A DNA stretch of 64,000 nt from Terriglobales bacterium (lineage in GTDB: Bacteria; Acidobacteriota; Terriglobia; Terriglobales; Acidobacteriaceae): assembly GCA_049674665.1 (NCBI GenBank), contig JBATZM010000032.1, positions 16,987-80,986 of the forward strand, in the 5' to 3' direction. The notes under the pieces are model-generated. The model was not told the origin of the DNA. It was given only the letters and a program-made list of their open reading frames with translations, and ran no database searches. A program made the position numbers and the translations under genes. Below, in pieces: positions 42,985-53,374 of this stretch (positions are counted from its first letter, which is position 1; every line of letters begins with the position of its first letter).

Positions 42985-45132
42985 TTATTCGTCGAGAAGG
43001 GTGCGGATCTTGCGCGCCAGAGTCTCCAGCGGGAAGGGTTTTTGCAGGACAGCGGCAGTATCTTCGACCAGTTCGCTGCCCCAGGTGGCGTGATCGGGAT
43101 AGCCCGACATGAACAGCACTTTCATCTCACGCATCTGAGGCATCCCCGGCATCTGGGGCCGTGTCTGCGTCAGGCGATGGGCTAACTCCCGTCCCCCGAC
43201 ATTGGGCATCACTACGTCGGTCAGCAACAGGTGAATCGGACGCTTGTAGTCGTCCGCAATCTGGAGGGCTTCGTTACCGTCTGCCGCGGAGAGCACGGTA
43301 TAGCCATTTTTCTGGAGGAACTCGCACACCAGATCGCGGATTCCATCCTGGTCTTCCACCACTAGAATGGTTTCGGTTCCACGAGCGCCGGACGTAGACG
43401 CGGGAGATATTTTTATTTTGGAGATGGGCTCTTCGACGGCCTTCTCTACTTGGACCTGCGGAAAATAGATATCGACGGTCGTTCCGTTTCCTAACTCGCT
43501 GCGAACCGTGATCCAACCTCCGGTTTGCTTCACTACTCCGTAGACAATGGCCAAACCCAAACCAGTTCCTTTGCCCGGTTTCTTGGTGGTGAAAAAGGGT
43601 TCGAAAATCTTGGCCTGAATGTCTTTGTGCATCCCGATACCGGTGTCGTTCACGGTGAGCACTATGTATTTGCCCGGCGGGATTCGAGCATGGCTTCCGG
43701 CGTAAGTTTGGTGAAGTTCGACGTTCTTGGTCTCGATTGTCAAACGGCCGCCTTGGAGCATGGCGTCGCGCGCATTGACCGCGAGATTCAAAATCACTTG
43801 CTCCATTTGTCCGGGATCGGCCTTGATGCGATTGGGCGACGCGGCGGGCAAGATTTTCAACTCAATGCTGGCGGGAATGAGTCGATCCAGCATTTTCGCC
43901 ACTTCGCTGAGGACGGTATTTAAATCGAGCGCCTTCAACTGGAGCACTTGCCTGCGGCTAAAAGCCAGGAGCTGTTGAGTGAGGGCCGTGGCGCGGACGA
44001 CAGCTCGCTCAATTTCAACCGCATCCTTGTGCGCGGGATCGCTCGCGGCAAGCCGGCCGCGAAGGCGGTCGTTATGAGCCTGAATCACCATTAAAAGATT
44101 GTTGAAGTCATGGGCTACGCCGCCCGCCAACTGCCCAACCGCTTCGAGTTTCTGCGAGTGGTGAAGCTGTTCTTCCAAACGCTTGTGCTCGGTGATGTCA
44201 TAGAGCACACCCTGCATCAGAAATCGGCCGTCGCCAGACGCAGCAGGCAACATGACGCCCTCGTCACGGAACCAGAGGAGCCTTCCGTCACGAGCAAACA
44301 TGCGGTACTCGGCCTGAAACAATTCTTGCGTTTCCTGAAAACGCTTCTCCGCCGCATAGGCAATTTCACGATCTTCGGAATGGATGTGATTGATCCAATT
44401 ACACGAGTCGGAGAGCCACTCCGCCGGCGAGAAACCAAGAATGGATTCGATTTGAGGACTCACATAATGCCACGGACCGTCGGCGCCCAGTTCGGCGACA
44501 TAAGTGATGGCCGGCAAGCGCTCCACCAGCGTTCGATAGCGATCTTCGGCAGCACGAAGCTGGGACTTATCTCGATCTCGTTCAATGGCCAGAGCGACCA
44601 GATGCGTAGCCCGAGCAATGAGTTGTAGATGCTCAGCATCAGGAGAACGCGGCTCGCGGTAGTAAATGGCAAAGGTCCCAAGCATGCTCCCATCCTGCGC
44701 TGGGATGGGCGTCGACCAGCAGGCGCGTAGGCCGTGGGGTAGCGCCAAGTTGCGATAGTCTGCCCACAATGGGTCGGTCGCAATGTCGGAAACGACGACT
44801 GCCTGTTTACGATAAATGGCAGTGCCGCACGATCCCACGCAAGGCCCACTCTTCACCCCGTCGATGGCTTGAACGTATTCTTGCGGAAGACTGGGGGCTG
44901 CCCCATTTCGCAAAGTTACGCCGTCGGCTTCAAGAAGAAGAACGGAGCACAGCATTCCGGAATGATGCTGCTCGATGTCGGCGCACAGAGCGTCCAATAT
45001 CTTGGGGAGTGGACTCTGACCCATGATCATGGCCAGGATCCTGTCATCAAGCAGCGACAGAGCCCGAGGAGCCTCTGGTTGCCCCGCGATTGATGCCTTT
45101 TGAACTCCCGTGGACATGACGACTTTCATCAT
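42985..45132 (-). CDS. hybrid sensor histidine kinase/response regulator (GAF-PAS-HisKA-HATPase-REC)
   Basis: GAF-like N-terminus, a PAS segment, H-box VAHDFNNLLMVI, the N and G boxes (NLAVNARDAM, GTGLGLAIVYG), and a receiver ILVVEDQDGIRDL...LLLTDVVMPNVGG. Confidence 0.9.
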   Translation of the reverse strand: MMKVVMSTGVQKASIAGQPEAPRALSLLDDRILAMIMGQSPLPKILDALCADIEQHHSGMLCSVLLLEADGVTLRNGAAPSLPQEYVQAIDGVKSGPCVGSCGTAIYRKQAVVVSDIATDPLWADYRNLALPHGLRACWSTPIPAQDGSMLGTFAIYYREPRSPDAEHLQLIARATHLVALAIERDRDKSQLRAAEDRYRTLVERLPAITYVAELGADGPWHYVSPQIESILGFSPAEWLSDSCNWINHIHSEDREIAYAAEKRFQETQELFQAEYRMFARDGRLLWFRDEGVMLPAASGDGRFLMQGVLYDITEHKRLEEQLHHSQKLEAVGQLAGGVAHDFNNLLMVIQAHNDRLRGRLAASDPAHKDAVEIERAVVRATALTQQLLAFSRRQVLQLKALDLNTVLSEVAKMLDRLIPASIELKILPAASPNRIKADPGQMEQVILNLAVNARDAMLQGGRLTIETKNVELHQTYAGSHARIPPGKYIVLTVNDTGIGMHKDIQAKIFEPFFTTKKPGKGTGLGLAIVYGVVKQTGGWITVRSELGNGTTVDIYFPQVQVEKAVEEPISKIKISPASTSGARGTETILVVEDQDGIRDLVCEFLQKNGYTVLSAADGNEALQIADDYKRPIHLLLTDVVMPNVGGRELAHRLTQTRPQMPGMPQMREMKVLFMSGYPDHATWGSELVEDTAAVLQKPFPLETLARKIRTLLDE

Positions 45133-45226
45133 TATTCATTGCCTACTTCATTCACTGCGTACAACTACGAGTCACTAAGTTACGGTGGTAACCGAAAGTT
45201 GCACGAAGAGACGCTGAATGCATACT

Positions 45227-46681
45227 TTACTTCCCGATGCAGAAAGTGCCGAAAATCAGGTTCAAGATGTCGTCGGTAGTGGTGGCTCCAGTGATTTCGT
45301 CGAGGGGCCGCAGGGATGCGTAGAGGTCGAGAAGGAGCATCTCGTGGGGAACTCTGCCAGCCACGGCTTGGGTTGCGGCATCAAGCGCAGTTAGCGCGTC
45401 GTTGACTAATTTCTCGTGGCGAACATTGGTCAGGAAACCTGATTCTTGTTGGGTGGCGGCGTCTCCGGCTACATGATTCAGGATGGCGGCGCGCAAAGCG
45501 GGGATGCCTTCGCCGGTTAAGGCGGAGGTGGATATGTGCTTCAGAGAATTGGGCTCCGCAGGCGAAAGCCCGCGCGAGTTCGGCAGATCGGATTTGTTTT
45601 CGACTACGATCGCTGGGCGGCCTTCTACCTGGCGTAGTAACTCTTTGTCTTCTTCGTCTCGGGGCTGCGTTTTGTCAATTACTACAAGCACTAAGTCGGC
45701 GTCGGCCAGCGCCTCCATTGATTTTTTTATGCCGATGCTTTCGGCTTCATCGAGAGCGCGGCGGATGCCAGCCGTATCCACCAGTTCCACAGGAATTCCA
45801 CCGATGGCGACGGTTTCGCTGACCAGGTCGCGCGTGGTGCCCGGCTGAGCGGTGACGATCGCGCGCTCGCGTTCAACCAGGCGATTGAAGAGACTCGATT
45901 TGCCAACATTCGGACGACCTACAATCGCTAGAGTCAGTCCCTGGTGCACGATTTTGCCGTAGGTGAAGCTCGCGGACAATTGCTCTAGTGACGTTTTGAT
46001 TTTCGCAATGCGATCAAGGATAGTTGCGTCTGGAGCCACTGAGATATCGTCCTCAGCGAAATCGATTCCGGCCTCAAGAAGCGCAATTAGCTCGATTAAT
46101 TTCTGCTTAATGGGTTTGAGACGATTGGAGAGCGCGCCTTCCAGTTGCTGGGCAGCTACTTTAGCTTGGAACAAAGTTTGCGAGTCGATCAGGTCGCGGA
46201 CAGCTTCGGCTTGAGTTAGATCGAGGCGTCCATTGAGAAAGGCGCGCATGGTGAATTCTCCGGGCTCGGCCAGACGCGCGCCTCGGGCTAGGGAGAGTTC
46301 GACTATGTGGCGGAGAACTACGGGTGATCCGTGGGCGGAGATTTCTACGATGTCGTCGGTGGTGTAAGAATGCGGCTTGGCAAAGTATGTGACGACTACC
46401 TCGTCAATCCGGCTGGGAGCTCTGGTCGTGTGGTGACGGGGCTCTGCCCCGTCTTGGCGGGACGAAGTCATGGATGTGTCGCCAGTTTCGCTGACAGAAG
46501 TCTCCCCTGCACACGGGTCAATCAGATCGCAGCGAATGGCTCGACCTGGTTCCAGCTCACGACTTCGGCCTAGCATGGGCTCGGCTATAGCTCGCGCTTC
46601 GGGCCCCGCTAAGCGCACTACACCTATGCCGCCGCGGCCTTGCGGAGTGGCTATGGCTACTATGGTGTCATCGAGATTCAT
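45227..46681 (-). CDS. mnmE: tRNA modification GTPase MnmE/TrmE with an insertion of about 34 aa in the N-terminal domain
   Basis: [42 protein letters not shown], and the C-terminal FGTFCIGK. Confidence 0.95.
   Translation of the reverse strand: MNLDDTIVAIATPQGRGGIGVVRLAGPEARAIAEPMLGRSRELEPGRAIRCDLIDPCAGETSVSETGDTSMTSSRQDGAEPRHHTTRAPSRIDEVVVTYFAKPHSYTTDDIVEISAHGSPVVLRHIVELSLARGARLAEPGEFTMRAFLNGRLDLTQAEAVRDLIDSQTLFQAKVAAQQLEGALSNRLKPIKQKLIELIALLEAGIDFAEDDISVAPDATILDRIAKIKTSLEQLSASFTYGKIVHQGLTLAIVGRPNVGKSSLFNRLVERERAIVTAQPGTTRDLVSETVAIGGIPVELVDTAGIRRALDEAESIGIKKSMEALADADLVLVVIDKTQPRDEEDKELLRQVEGRPAIVVENKSDLPNSRGLSPAEPNSLKHISTSALTGEGIPALRAAILNHVAGDAATQQESGFLTNVRHEKLVNDALTALDAATQAVAGRVPHEMLLLDLYASLRPLDEITGATTTDDILNLIFGTFCIGK
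46428..46453 (+). repeat. family A repeat inside mnmE (antisense to the gene)
   Basis: GTGTGGTGACGGGGCTCTGCCCCGTC, with a perfect 8-bp stem GACGGGGC/GCCCCGTC. Confidence 0.85.
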
Positions 46682-46759
46682 GACGGGCAGTGGATCGAAG
46701 TTAGCCGACGGCGATCAATCATTCGACCTAATCATTAAGCTATTTAGTCGACAAACTAT

Positions 46760-47089
46760 TTAGTCGACCACAAAAAGCTTGGCTCCGGTTTTGGTTGAAG
46801 ACCGATGTGAAGATTCGCCATCCGCAACCTGGTAGCTCCTGCCCGAAGTCAGAGTAAAGCTCTTGCCGTCCGAGAGGATCGTTTCAAGTTCGCCTTCGAG
46901 ACAGAGAATCACGTGTCCTTTGGAGCACCAATGATCTGCGGAATAGCCAGGCGAGTATTCCACCATGCGAACGCGAATCTCACCGAAATTTTGCGTTCGC
47001 CACAGGGCCACGCCAGTCTCCCCAGGATGCTCGGAAGTCGCCACTTGATCCCAATTCGTTGTGGATAGAGGAAATCCGGTCATCTTCAT
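46760..47089 (-). CDS. cupin domain protein (resembles the 'DHCW-motif cupin fold' family)
   Basis: WDQVATSEHPGETGVALWRTQNFGEIRVRMVEYSPGYSADHWCSKGHVILCLEGE, 109 aa. Confidence 0.7.
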   Translation of the reverse strand: MKMTGFPLSTTNWDQVATSEHPGETGVALWRTQNFGEIRVRMVEYSPGYSADHWCSKGHVILCLEGELETILSDGKSFTLTSGRSYQVADGESSHRSSTKTGAKLFVVD

Positions 47090-47405
47090 TAGTCGATTAT
47101 GTCAGAAGTTCGCAGCGGCGGATAACGACGGCGAAATCCCCGTGAGAATTGAGCCAGATAAAAAATAAAGGATTCGGGAACCTTCCCTATTCTCGAACCC
47201 CTCATTTTGGGCTCAGCCGGCTCGCTTGGAGCGGTGAGCAAAACCTGCAATGTGTGGAATCATGCTCCTGATCTCAGCGTCCGTCCATGGAGCCAGTCTG
47301 AAGCGATATGAATTGATCTGAAGAATTTCCCGAGCGCCTGGAAATCTACGTGCAAGCTTGGTTTTGCCGGTGGAGGTCAGTTAGTGTAGTGGGGGTATAT
47401 GCCAA

Positions 47406-47915
47406 CTATCTTTGCTGGTCAGATTTCAGCGCCCAACTTGCGAAAATGTCCACCAGTAGGAATACGGCGAACACAATACCTCCAAGAACGTCGCCCCATG
47501 GGTAGCCGGGAGATTTCAAAGCGCTCGGAATGATGCTAATGGCCGGATTACTTGGGTCGTACGCGATGGTGACGAATGCACCGGGCTTATGCTGGGCCAC
47601 AAAGTCATAGGCATCCGGGTAGCAGACAAAGTCAAACACGCGGTTAGAGCCGACATAGGTTTGTGTCTGCACTGTGTATTCGTAGGCCAGAATCGGACAA
47701 AATTGGTTCTGTTTTCCGCTCCACGTATAGCTAGTTGTATGGACCGTACTAGAACGTATAAGTGCTTGCGTCACAGGCCATTTTGCAACCTGCTTGAATT
47801 GTCGACTAGCCTTGAGTTCGAGTGGCACAGCGTGGAAGCAGAAGATAACTCCAAGCGCGATGATCGTCCGGCGAAAAAGTTGTCCGAAGAAGCCTTGCGT
47901 CATGTCGGTAATCAT
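47406..47915 (-). CDS. DUF3592-like membrane protein
   Basis: N- and C-terminal TM helices flank a beta-rich core (ILAYEYTVQTQTYVGSNRVF...GAFVTIAYDPSNPAISI). GC looks lower than the neighbours. Confidence 0.55.
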   Translation of the reverse strand: MITDMTQGFFGQLFRRTIIALGVIFCFHAVPLELKASRQFKQVAKWPVTQALIRSSTVHTTSYTWSGKQNQFCPILAYEYTVQTQTYVGSNRVFDFVCYPDAYDFVAQHKPGAFVTIAYDPSNPAISIIPSALKSPGYPWGDVLGGIVFAVFLLVDIFASWALKSDQQR

Positions 47916-48196
47916 TGTGTCATGCTAGAGTCCTAGTCAACTGCTGAAATCACGCGATTACACTAACTGAGCACTTCCTTCCCACCAATTTCATTTGCAG
48001 TAAAAACGCCCGCTTGCTCGCGTGCCCCGCGCCTCCCCATAAGTTTTGTGCTCCAAATTGGTTCAAGAAGAGGGTGAGAGCATTCTTGCCATCCCTATAC
48101 GCCGCCCCAACCTCGGTTTGCTGCATCTGGTGCGCGTCATTTATACTTACGGTTTGCCTTAAGCCATCTGATTCAATCAGGAGCAGGGATTTTTCG

Positions 48197-48352
48197 ATGC
48201 CGAAACGTACATTTCAACCCAACAAGCGCAAGCGCTCGAAGAAGCACGGGTTCCGGACTCGTATGAAGACGAAGAACGGAGCTGCCGTGCTGTCGCGCCG
48301 CCGGGCCAAAGGGCGCAAGCGTGTTTCAGTGGCGCCGGGTTTCCGCGATTAG
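48197..48352 (+). CDS. rpmH: 50S ribosomal protein L34
   Basis: [43 protein letters not shown]. Start at ATG 48197, inside the longer track ORF. Confidence 0.97.
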   Translation: MPKRTFQPNKRKRSKKHGFRTRMKTKNGAAVLSRRRAKGRKRVSVAPGFRD

Positions 48353-48397
48353 TTTTCCAACCACGGACAGTAAAGGCCGTCATTATTACTAATTATT

Positions 48398-48856
48398 GTG
48401 CAGGATTGTGAGCTGGTGAGCACCGATGCTCCGAAGCCGAGTGTAGAGCAGCCCGCGGCGCAGGCGGGGGCCAGCTTTCCAAGCTCAGCGCGGCTGCTGA
48501 AACATTCCGACTTCGATCGTGTGTACAAGCAAGGACGCAGGCACTTTTCCTCGCACATGACCGTGTTTTATTTACGGCGGTCGGAGGTCCCTGCGCAGCA
48601 AACTGCCTTACCGGAACGAAGCGCGCGTGTCGGCTTCACAGTAGGCCGCGTGCTCGGCGGTGCGGTACAGCGGAACCGGATCAAGCGGCGTCTGCGCGAG
48701 GCGGTCCGGCTGCGGCGCTCGACGCTTCAGAGCGCGTGCCCCGTGGATGTGGTGATCAATCCGAAGAAGTCGGTGCTGACTTTGGAATTTTCAGTGGTGC
48801 TCGACGAAGTAGGGCGTGCGCTGGAAGCGATCGCGAAAAAGCTGACGGAGAAATGA
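48398..48856 (+). CDS. rnpA: ribonuclease P protein component
   Basis: ARLLKHSDFDRVYKQGRR and RVGFTVGRVLGGAVQRNRIKRRLREAVR. The exact start is uncertain (GTG 48398 or GTG 48416). Confidence 0.88.
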   Translation: MQDCELVSTDAPKPSVEQPAAQAGASFPSSARLLKHSDFDRVYKQGRRHFSSHMTVFYLRRSEVPAQQTALPERSARVGFTVGRVLGGAVQRNRIKRRLREAVRLRRSTLQSACPVDVVINPKKSVLTLEFSVVLDEVGRALEAIAKKLTEK

Positions 48857-49152
48857 AAAAAATGAAGTCTACGGCGCTCTGGGTGCTTCGGATTTATAAG
48901 CGGTGGATTTCGCCCGCGTTCCCGCCCTCGTGCCGCTATGTGCCAACTTGTTCCGAATACGCTATGGAGGCGGTCGAACGGTATGGCGCGGTGCGCGGTG
49001 GTGCAATGGCGGCTTGGAGAGTTTTGCGATGCCATCCGTTGGCAACGGGCGGCTTAGATCCGGTAGTAAAGGTGAGTGCGGTTCGCGCGGGGTGCGGCAC
49101 CTCTAAGCCCCTGAACGGTCCCCTGGCCGCGGACGGTATTCAGGATCGCTGA
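48853..49152 (+). CDS. yidD: membrane protein insertion efficiency factor YidD
   Basis: VLRIYKRWISPAFPPSCRYVPTCSEYAMEAVERYG. Its ATG overlaps the rnpA stop (ATGA). Confidence 0.92.
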   Translation: MKKMKSTALWVLRIYKRWISPAFPPSCRYVPTCSEYAMEAVERYGAVRGGAMAAWRVLRCHPLATGGLDPVVKVSAVRAGCGTSKPLNGPLAADGIQDR

Positions 49153-49184
49153 AGCTACTGACGAAGAAAAGATGAGTTACTGAT

Positions 49185-50963
49185 TTGGCTGAATTTAATA
49201 ATCCTCAACAAGAACCCGGGATGGAGCGCAAGCTGCTGTTGGTCTTTGCGCTGACCTTTCTGGTCATCATGCTTTTCCAGCCGTTTTTGAAGAAGTATGG
49301 GCCGCAGCCTCCGGCGAAGACGGAGAACCCCCAGACGGCGCAGAATCAGGCGCAAGTTCCTCCGCAGACCCCTTCGCAACTTCCTGCAGAACTTCCTGCG
49401 AAACCCGCGCCGGGAAATCGCGCTGCGGGCGCGAAGGTGGCGCCGGCATCGGCTCCGCAGCAGGCGGCGAGCGAATCGGAAACAGTGATTGAAAACGATG
49501 TCTACCGCATTGTCTTCACCAATGCCGGCGGACGGGTTAAGTCTTGGGTGCTGAAGAAGCAGACCGACGATAAAGGCGGCCAGCTCGAGCTGGTGAACGC
49601 GGAGGCCGCGAAAAGATATGGCTATCCGCTGACCTTGTGGTCGTATGACGAAACGCTGCGCGAGAAACTCAACTCGGTTTTGTATGTGGCAACCAGTACC
49701 GGTACAACGGCTCCGGCTGAGATTAAATTCGCCTACGACGATGGCGACGTCTCAGTAAAAAAGACATTCACGTTTGATCGCAGTAGCTACGTCGTCGGAG
49801 TGCATACCGCGGTTGAAGTAAAGGGCGCGCCGGTCACGGCGTTTCCGATGTGGCCGGCAGGCTTCGGCGCGGATATGACCGGCTCTCAATACGCGGCTGG
49901 GCAGATCGTCTACCAGTACGACAGCAAAGTCGAGCGGCTGGCAATCAAAAAGATTAGCGGCGACGGAACGTTGCCGGGACCATTCCACTGGGCGGGAGTT
50001 TCGGACCAATATTTCGCGGCGGTGTTCTTACCACAGGATCCGCAGAACACATCCATGGTAACGCTCCGCAATGCGATTGAAATTCCGCATGGCGGATCCG
50101 ATACCAATCAGAAGGACAAGGTGGACGTGCTCGGCGCGGCGGTTGGCAATCTGAAGGGCGCGACCGATACGCGGCTCTATGTAGGCCCGAAGGCCTTGTC
50201 AGACTTGGAATCGGTGTCCGTTCCAGGCATCACGGGTACGGAACCGGATCTGCGGCAGCTCATCGACTTCGGCTGGTGGGGAATTATCGCGCGGCCGCTG
50301 TTTGTGTGGTTGAAGTGGATGCACAGCCACATCGTGGCGAACTGGGGCTGGGCAATTTTGCTGCAAACGCTGGTCATCAACCTGGCACTGCTGCCGCTGC
50401 GGCTTTCGCAGATGAAGTCGATGCTGAAAATGCAGCGCGTGGCCCCGCAGATTAAGTCGATTCAAGAAAAATATAAGAAGTACAGTCTGCGGGATCCGCG
50501 CAAAGCCGAGATGAACCAGGAGATTTCGGCGCTGTATAAGAAAGAAGGCGTCAATCCAGCGGGAGGATGTCTGCCCTTGCTGATTCAGACGCCATTTCTG
50601 TTTGCATACTATCGCATGCTCAACGTGGCGATGGATTTGCGTCATGCGCCGTGGATGTGGGTTCACGATCTTTCGGCGCCCGACCCGTGGCATATTCTGC
50701 CGATTGCGATCATCATTACGATGTTTTTGATGCAGCGGATGACTCCGCAGGCCGGAATGGATCCGGCTCAACAAAAGATGATGAACCTCATGATGCCAGG
50801 CATGTTAGGGCTCATGAGCTGGAACTTGCCGGCTGGGCTGGGCTTGTACTGGGCAGCAGGTCAGTTGATCGGGATCGTACAACAGTCGGTAATGAATCGA
50901 ACATCGCTGGGGCGAGAGATGCGCGAGATGATGGCGAAGCGGGCGCGGAAGAAAGAGAAATAG
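49185..50963 (+). CDS. yidC: membrane protein insertase YidC
   Basis: N-terminal TM, a large periplasmic domain, and the conserved core PLRLSQMKSMLKMQRVAPQIKSIQEKYK and GGCLPLLIQTPFLFAYY. TTG 49185, or alternatively ATG 49221. Confidence 0.95.
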   Translation: MAEFNNPQQEPGMERKLLLVFALTFLVIMLFQPFLKKYGPQPPAKTENPQTAQNQAQVPPQTPSQLPAELPAKPAPGNRAAGAKVAPASAPQQAASESETVIENDVYRIVFTNAGGRVKSWVLKKQTDDKGGQLELVNAEAAKRYGYPLTLWSYDETLREKLNSVLYVATSTGTTAPAEIKFAYDDGDVSVKKTFTFDRSSYVVGVHTAVEVKGAPVTAFPMWPAGFGADMTGSQYAAGQIVYQYDSKVERLAIKKISGDGTLPGPFHWAGVSDQYFAAVFLPQDPQNTSMVTLRNAIEIPHGGSDTNQKDKVDVLGAAVGNLKGATDTRLYVGPKALSDLESVSVPGITGTEPDLRQLIDFGWWGIIARPLFVWLKWMHSHIVANWGWAILLQTLVINLALLPLRLSQMKSMLKMQRVAPQIKSIQEKYKKYSLRDPRKAEMNQEISALYKKEGVNPAGGCLPLLIQTPFLFAYYRMLNVAMDLRHAPWMWVHDLSAPDPWHILPIAIIITMFLMQRMTPQAGMDPAQQKMMNLMMPGMLGLMSWNLPAGLGLYWAAGQLIGIVQQSVMNRTSLGREMREMMAKRARKKEK

Positions 50964-51116
50964 CCGTCAGCTCTCAGCCATCAGCCGTCAGGTAAAAGCG
51001 CTCCTGAACGAAAGAGTTTTTTAGTGTAGTGATACCGAGCCGTTAGTCGTCATCCGTGATCCGTTAGCGCGCTCATGCGCAAGGTTTACCTGATGGCTGA
51101 CGGCTGATGGCTGAGG
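50962..51116. repeat. heptad-arm inverted-repeat module with an 88-bp core (no ORF)
   Basis: The left arm is AGCCGTCAGCTCTCAGCCATCAGCCGTCAGGTAAA (50962-50996). The reverse complement of the right arm (51085-51116) is CCTCAGCCATCAGCCGTCAGCCATCAGGTAAA. Confidence 0.85.
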
Positions 51117-51121
51117 ACTGA

Positions 51122-51661
51122 ATGCCTATTACTGACAAGGTTGTTGCTGCTAAACAAATTGGGGAATTCCTGCAGGCTGTCATTTCCAATGGCGGCTTCA
51201 AGCTCAAGTACCGGATCACAGTGGATCCTCCGATCGCGCAGAATCGCGAATGGGAGCATCCGGAGATTCTGGTGGAGTTTGCGGGGCCGGATTCGGCACT
51301 GCTGCTGGAACGTGGCGGAGAATTGCTGCGGTCGTTTGAGCTGCTCGCATCGGAGATTCTCCACTTGCAGGGTAACGAGCACGAGAAGATCTGGTTCGAC
51401 TGCAAGAATTTCCGGGCGATGCGCATCGACGAGTTGCAACTGGCGGCGCGTGTTGCGGCAGAGCAGGTGCGCCGTACCAGCGAGCCGTACCGGTTTGGGC
51501 CTATGTCATCGCGCGAGCGGCGGATCGTACATCTGGCTCTGCGCGAGGAAAAAGATTTGCGCACCGAGAGCGATGGCGAGGGTGGACGACGCTCAGTGGT
51601 GGTGTATCCAGGAAATTACAAGACGACTGCGCCGGTACGACGGGAACGCCGCATTTCGTAG
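51122..51661 (+). CDS. jag: Jag/KhpB-like RNA-binding protein (KH + R3H domains)
   Basis: R3H motif in RERRIVHLALRE, and the conserved position after yidC. Confidence 0.85.
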   Translation: MPITDKVVAAKQIGEFLQAVISNGGFKLKYRITVDPPIAQNREWEHPEILVEFAGPDSALLLERGGELLRSFELLASEILHLQGNEHEKIWFDCKNFRAMRIDELQLAARVAAEQVRRTSEPYRFGPMSSRERRIVHLALREEKDLRTESDGEGGRRSVVVYPGNYKTTAPVRRERRIS

Positions 51662-51919
51662 TTGCACACTTTGCGCGGCAGTTAGTTTCTCGACACTTGA
51701 CAGCGAAAAAAATTCGCGGTTCGATTAAGTGCTCGCGTCAAAAGTTTTTTGTTGAAGTCACCGACGCGGCGATTTTTTTGTGCTAGTATGCCGTTCGTCT
51801 CGTAATAAATTTCACAGACAACCCGTACGGCAAAACTGCTCATCAACTACGGACTTATAATTTCAAGATTGGCTTTGCCCGGACGCTTCGCGCCGGCGTT
51901 TTTAACATTCTGGTAAAAA

Positions 51920-53356
51920 ATGTCTCTCTCCAGTTCCGCCATCATCCCGAATCCGTGGGCGCGCATTCTTGACGCTCTGGAAAAGAAAATCAATCGACAC
52001 TCCTACGACACCTGGTTGAAGCCCACACGCTACAGTCACGCCAGCAATGGGATTCTCTTCGTGCGCATTCCAACCGCCGAGTTCCGTCACGTTGGCGATA
52101 AATATGCCGACCTGATTCAGGAAGCTCTCGACAACCTTGGGCTCGGATACGAGGATGTGAAATTCGTCACCGCCGAAGACGATCCTTCAAACACACCGAT
52201 ACGGCATAACGGCGGCCTCTCGGCTCATTCCTTAAACGGAAATATGAGCGGAAGTACGAGCAGCGGCCCGAACGCCGGTGCGGGTTCGCAGGCGGCAGGG
52301 TTGCATCCGTCGCAAGGTCGATTCGATTGGGACAGTGCCGCGCAACTGAATCCGCGCTATACCTTTGACGCGTTCGTGATCGGCAGTGGCAACCAGTTCG
52401 CCCACGCGGCGTGCCAGGCGGTCGCGGAGCGCCCTTCAAAGGCCTACAACCCGCTGTTCCTCTACGGTGGCGTCGGCATGGGCAAGACGCACCTGATGCA
52501 GGCGATCGGCCATGAGATCAAGCGTCGGACGCCGCAGGCGGCAATCTGCTACGTGTCGAGCGAGAAGTTCACCAATGAGATGATCAACTCGTTGCGCTAT
52601 GACAAGATGATCAGCTTCCGCGATAAATTCCGCACCATGGACGTCCTGCTCATTGACGACATCCAGTTTCTGGCTCAAAAAGAGCGCACCCAGGAAGAAT
52701 TTTTTCACACCTTCAACGCCCTCCACGAGTCGATGAAGCAAATCGTAATAGCGAGCGATCGACCGCCGAAAGAATTGGCGGACTTTGAAGATCGCATGCG
52801 CAGTCGGTTCGAGTGGGGCCTGATCGCCGATATTCAGCCGCCGGACCTGGAGACGAAAGTCGCCATCCTGCAAAAGAAGGCGGAGCAGGAACGCGTGACT
52901 TTGCCATCGGATGTAGCGCTGTTTATCGCTTCAAATATTAGGTCGAACGTACGTGAGTTGGAAGGCGCGCTGATCCGTCTGGTGGCGCACTCCTCGCTGA
53001 TCGGCGCCGAAATTACCCTGCCCTACACCCAGCAGGTACTGAAGAATTTTATCGATTCGCAGGCCCGCAAGGTAACAATTGAATCCATTCAGAAAGCCGT
53101 CGCCGAGCAGTTCGGCCTGCGCCTGGTGGAGATCAAAGCAAAAAATAATTCGCGATCGATTGTCTATCCAAGACAAATTGCGATGTACCTGGCCAAGCAC
53201 CTCACTGAAGCTTCGCTGCCTGAAATTGGACGCCAGTTCGGTGGCAAGCACCATACCACCGTGCTGCATTCCGTGGATAAGATTGAAGGCGTTCGCAAAG
53301 ACGACAAGGATTTGAACAGGTTGCTCAATAAACTGACCGAGCAATTGGGCGCGTAG
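51920..53356 (+). CDS. dnaA: chromosomal replication initiator protein DnaA
   Basis: LFLYGGVGMGKTHLMQAIG (Walker A), LLIDDIQFL, and DNA-binding domain IV (RQIAMYLAKHLT...HTTVLHS). Confidence 0.98.
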   Translation: MSLSSSAIIPNPWARILDALEKKINRHSYDTWLKPTRYSHASNGILFVRIPTAEFRHVGDKYADLIQEALDNLGLGYEDVKFVTAEDDPSNTPIRHNGGLSAHSLNGNMSGSTSSGPNAGAGSQAAGLHPSQGRFDWDSAAQLNPRYTFDAFVIGSGNQFAHAACQAVAERPSKAYNPLFLYGGVGMGKTHLMQAIGHEIKRRTPQAAICYVSSEKFTNEMINSLRYDKMISFRDKFRTMDVLLIDDIQFLAQKERTQEEFFHTFNALHESMKQIVIASDRPPKELADFEDRMRSRFEWGLIADIQPPDLETKVAILQKKAEQERVTLPSDVALFIASNIRSNVRELEGALIRLVAHSSLIGAEITLPYTQQVLKNFIDSQARKVTIESIQKAVAEQFGLRLVEIKAKNNSRSIVYPRQIAMYLAKHLTEASLPEIGRQFGGKHHTTVLHSVDKIEGVRKDDKDLNRLLNKLTEQLGA

Positions 53357-53374
53357 AAGGCGGTTTCCCCCGGT

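Noticed and set aside
46740-46768. 16-bp-period duplication CTATTTAGTCGAC...CTATTTAGTCGAC at the 3' end of the cupin gene
   Set aside because: It is real but trivial: a short duplication of the stop-codon region, with no further copies seen.
51662-51919. The jag-dnaA spacer as oriC
   Set aside because: It contains A/T tracts and a possible promoter (TTGACA at about 51697), but I found no good DnaA boxes. The dnaA-dnaN spacer is the better candidate.
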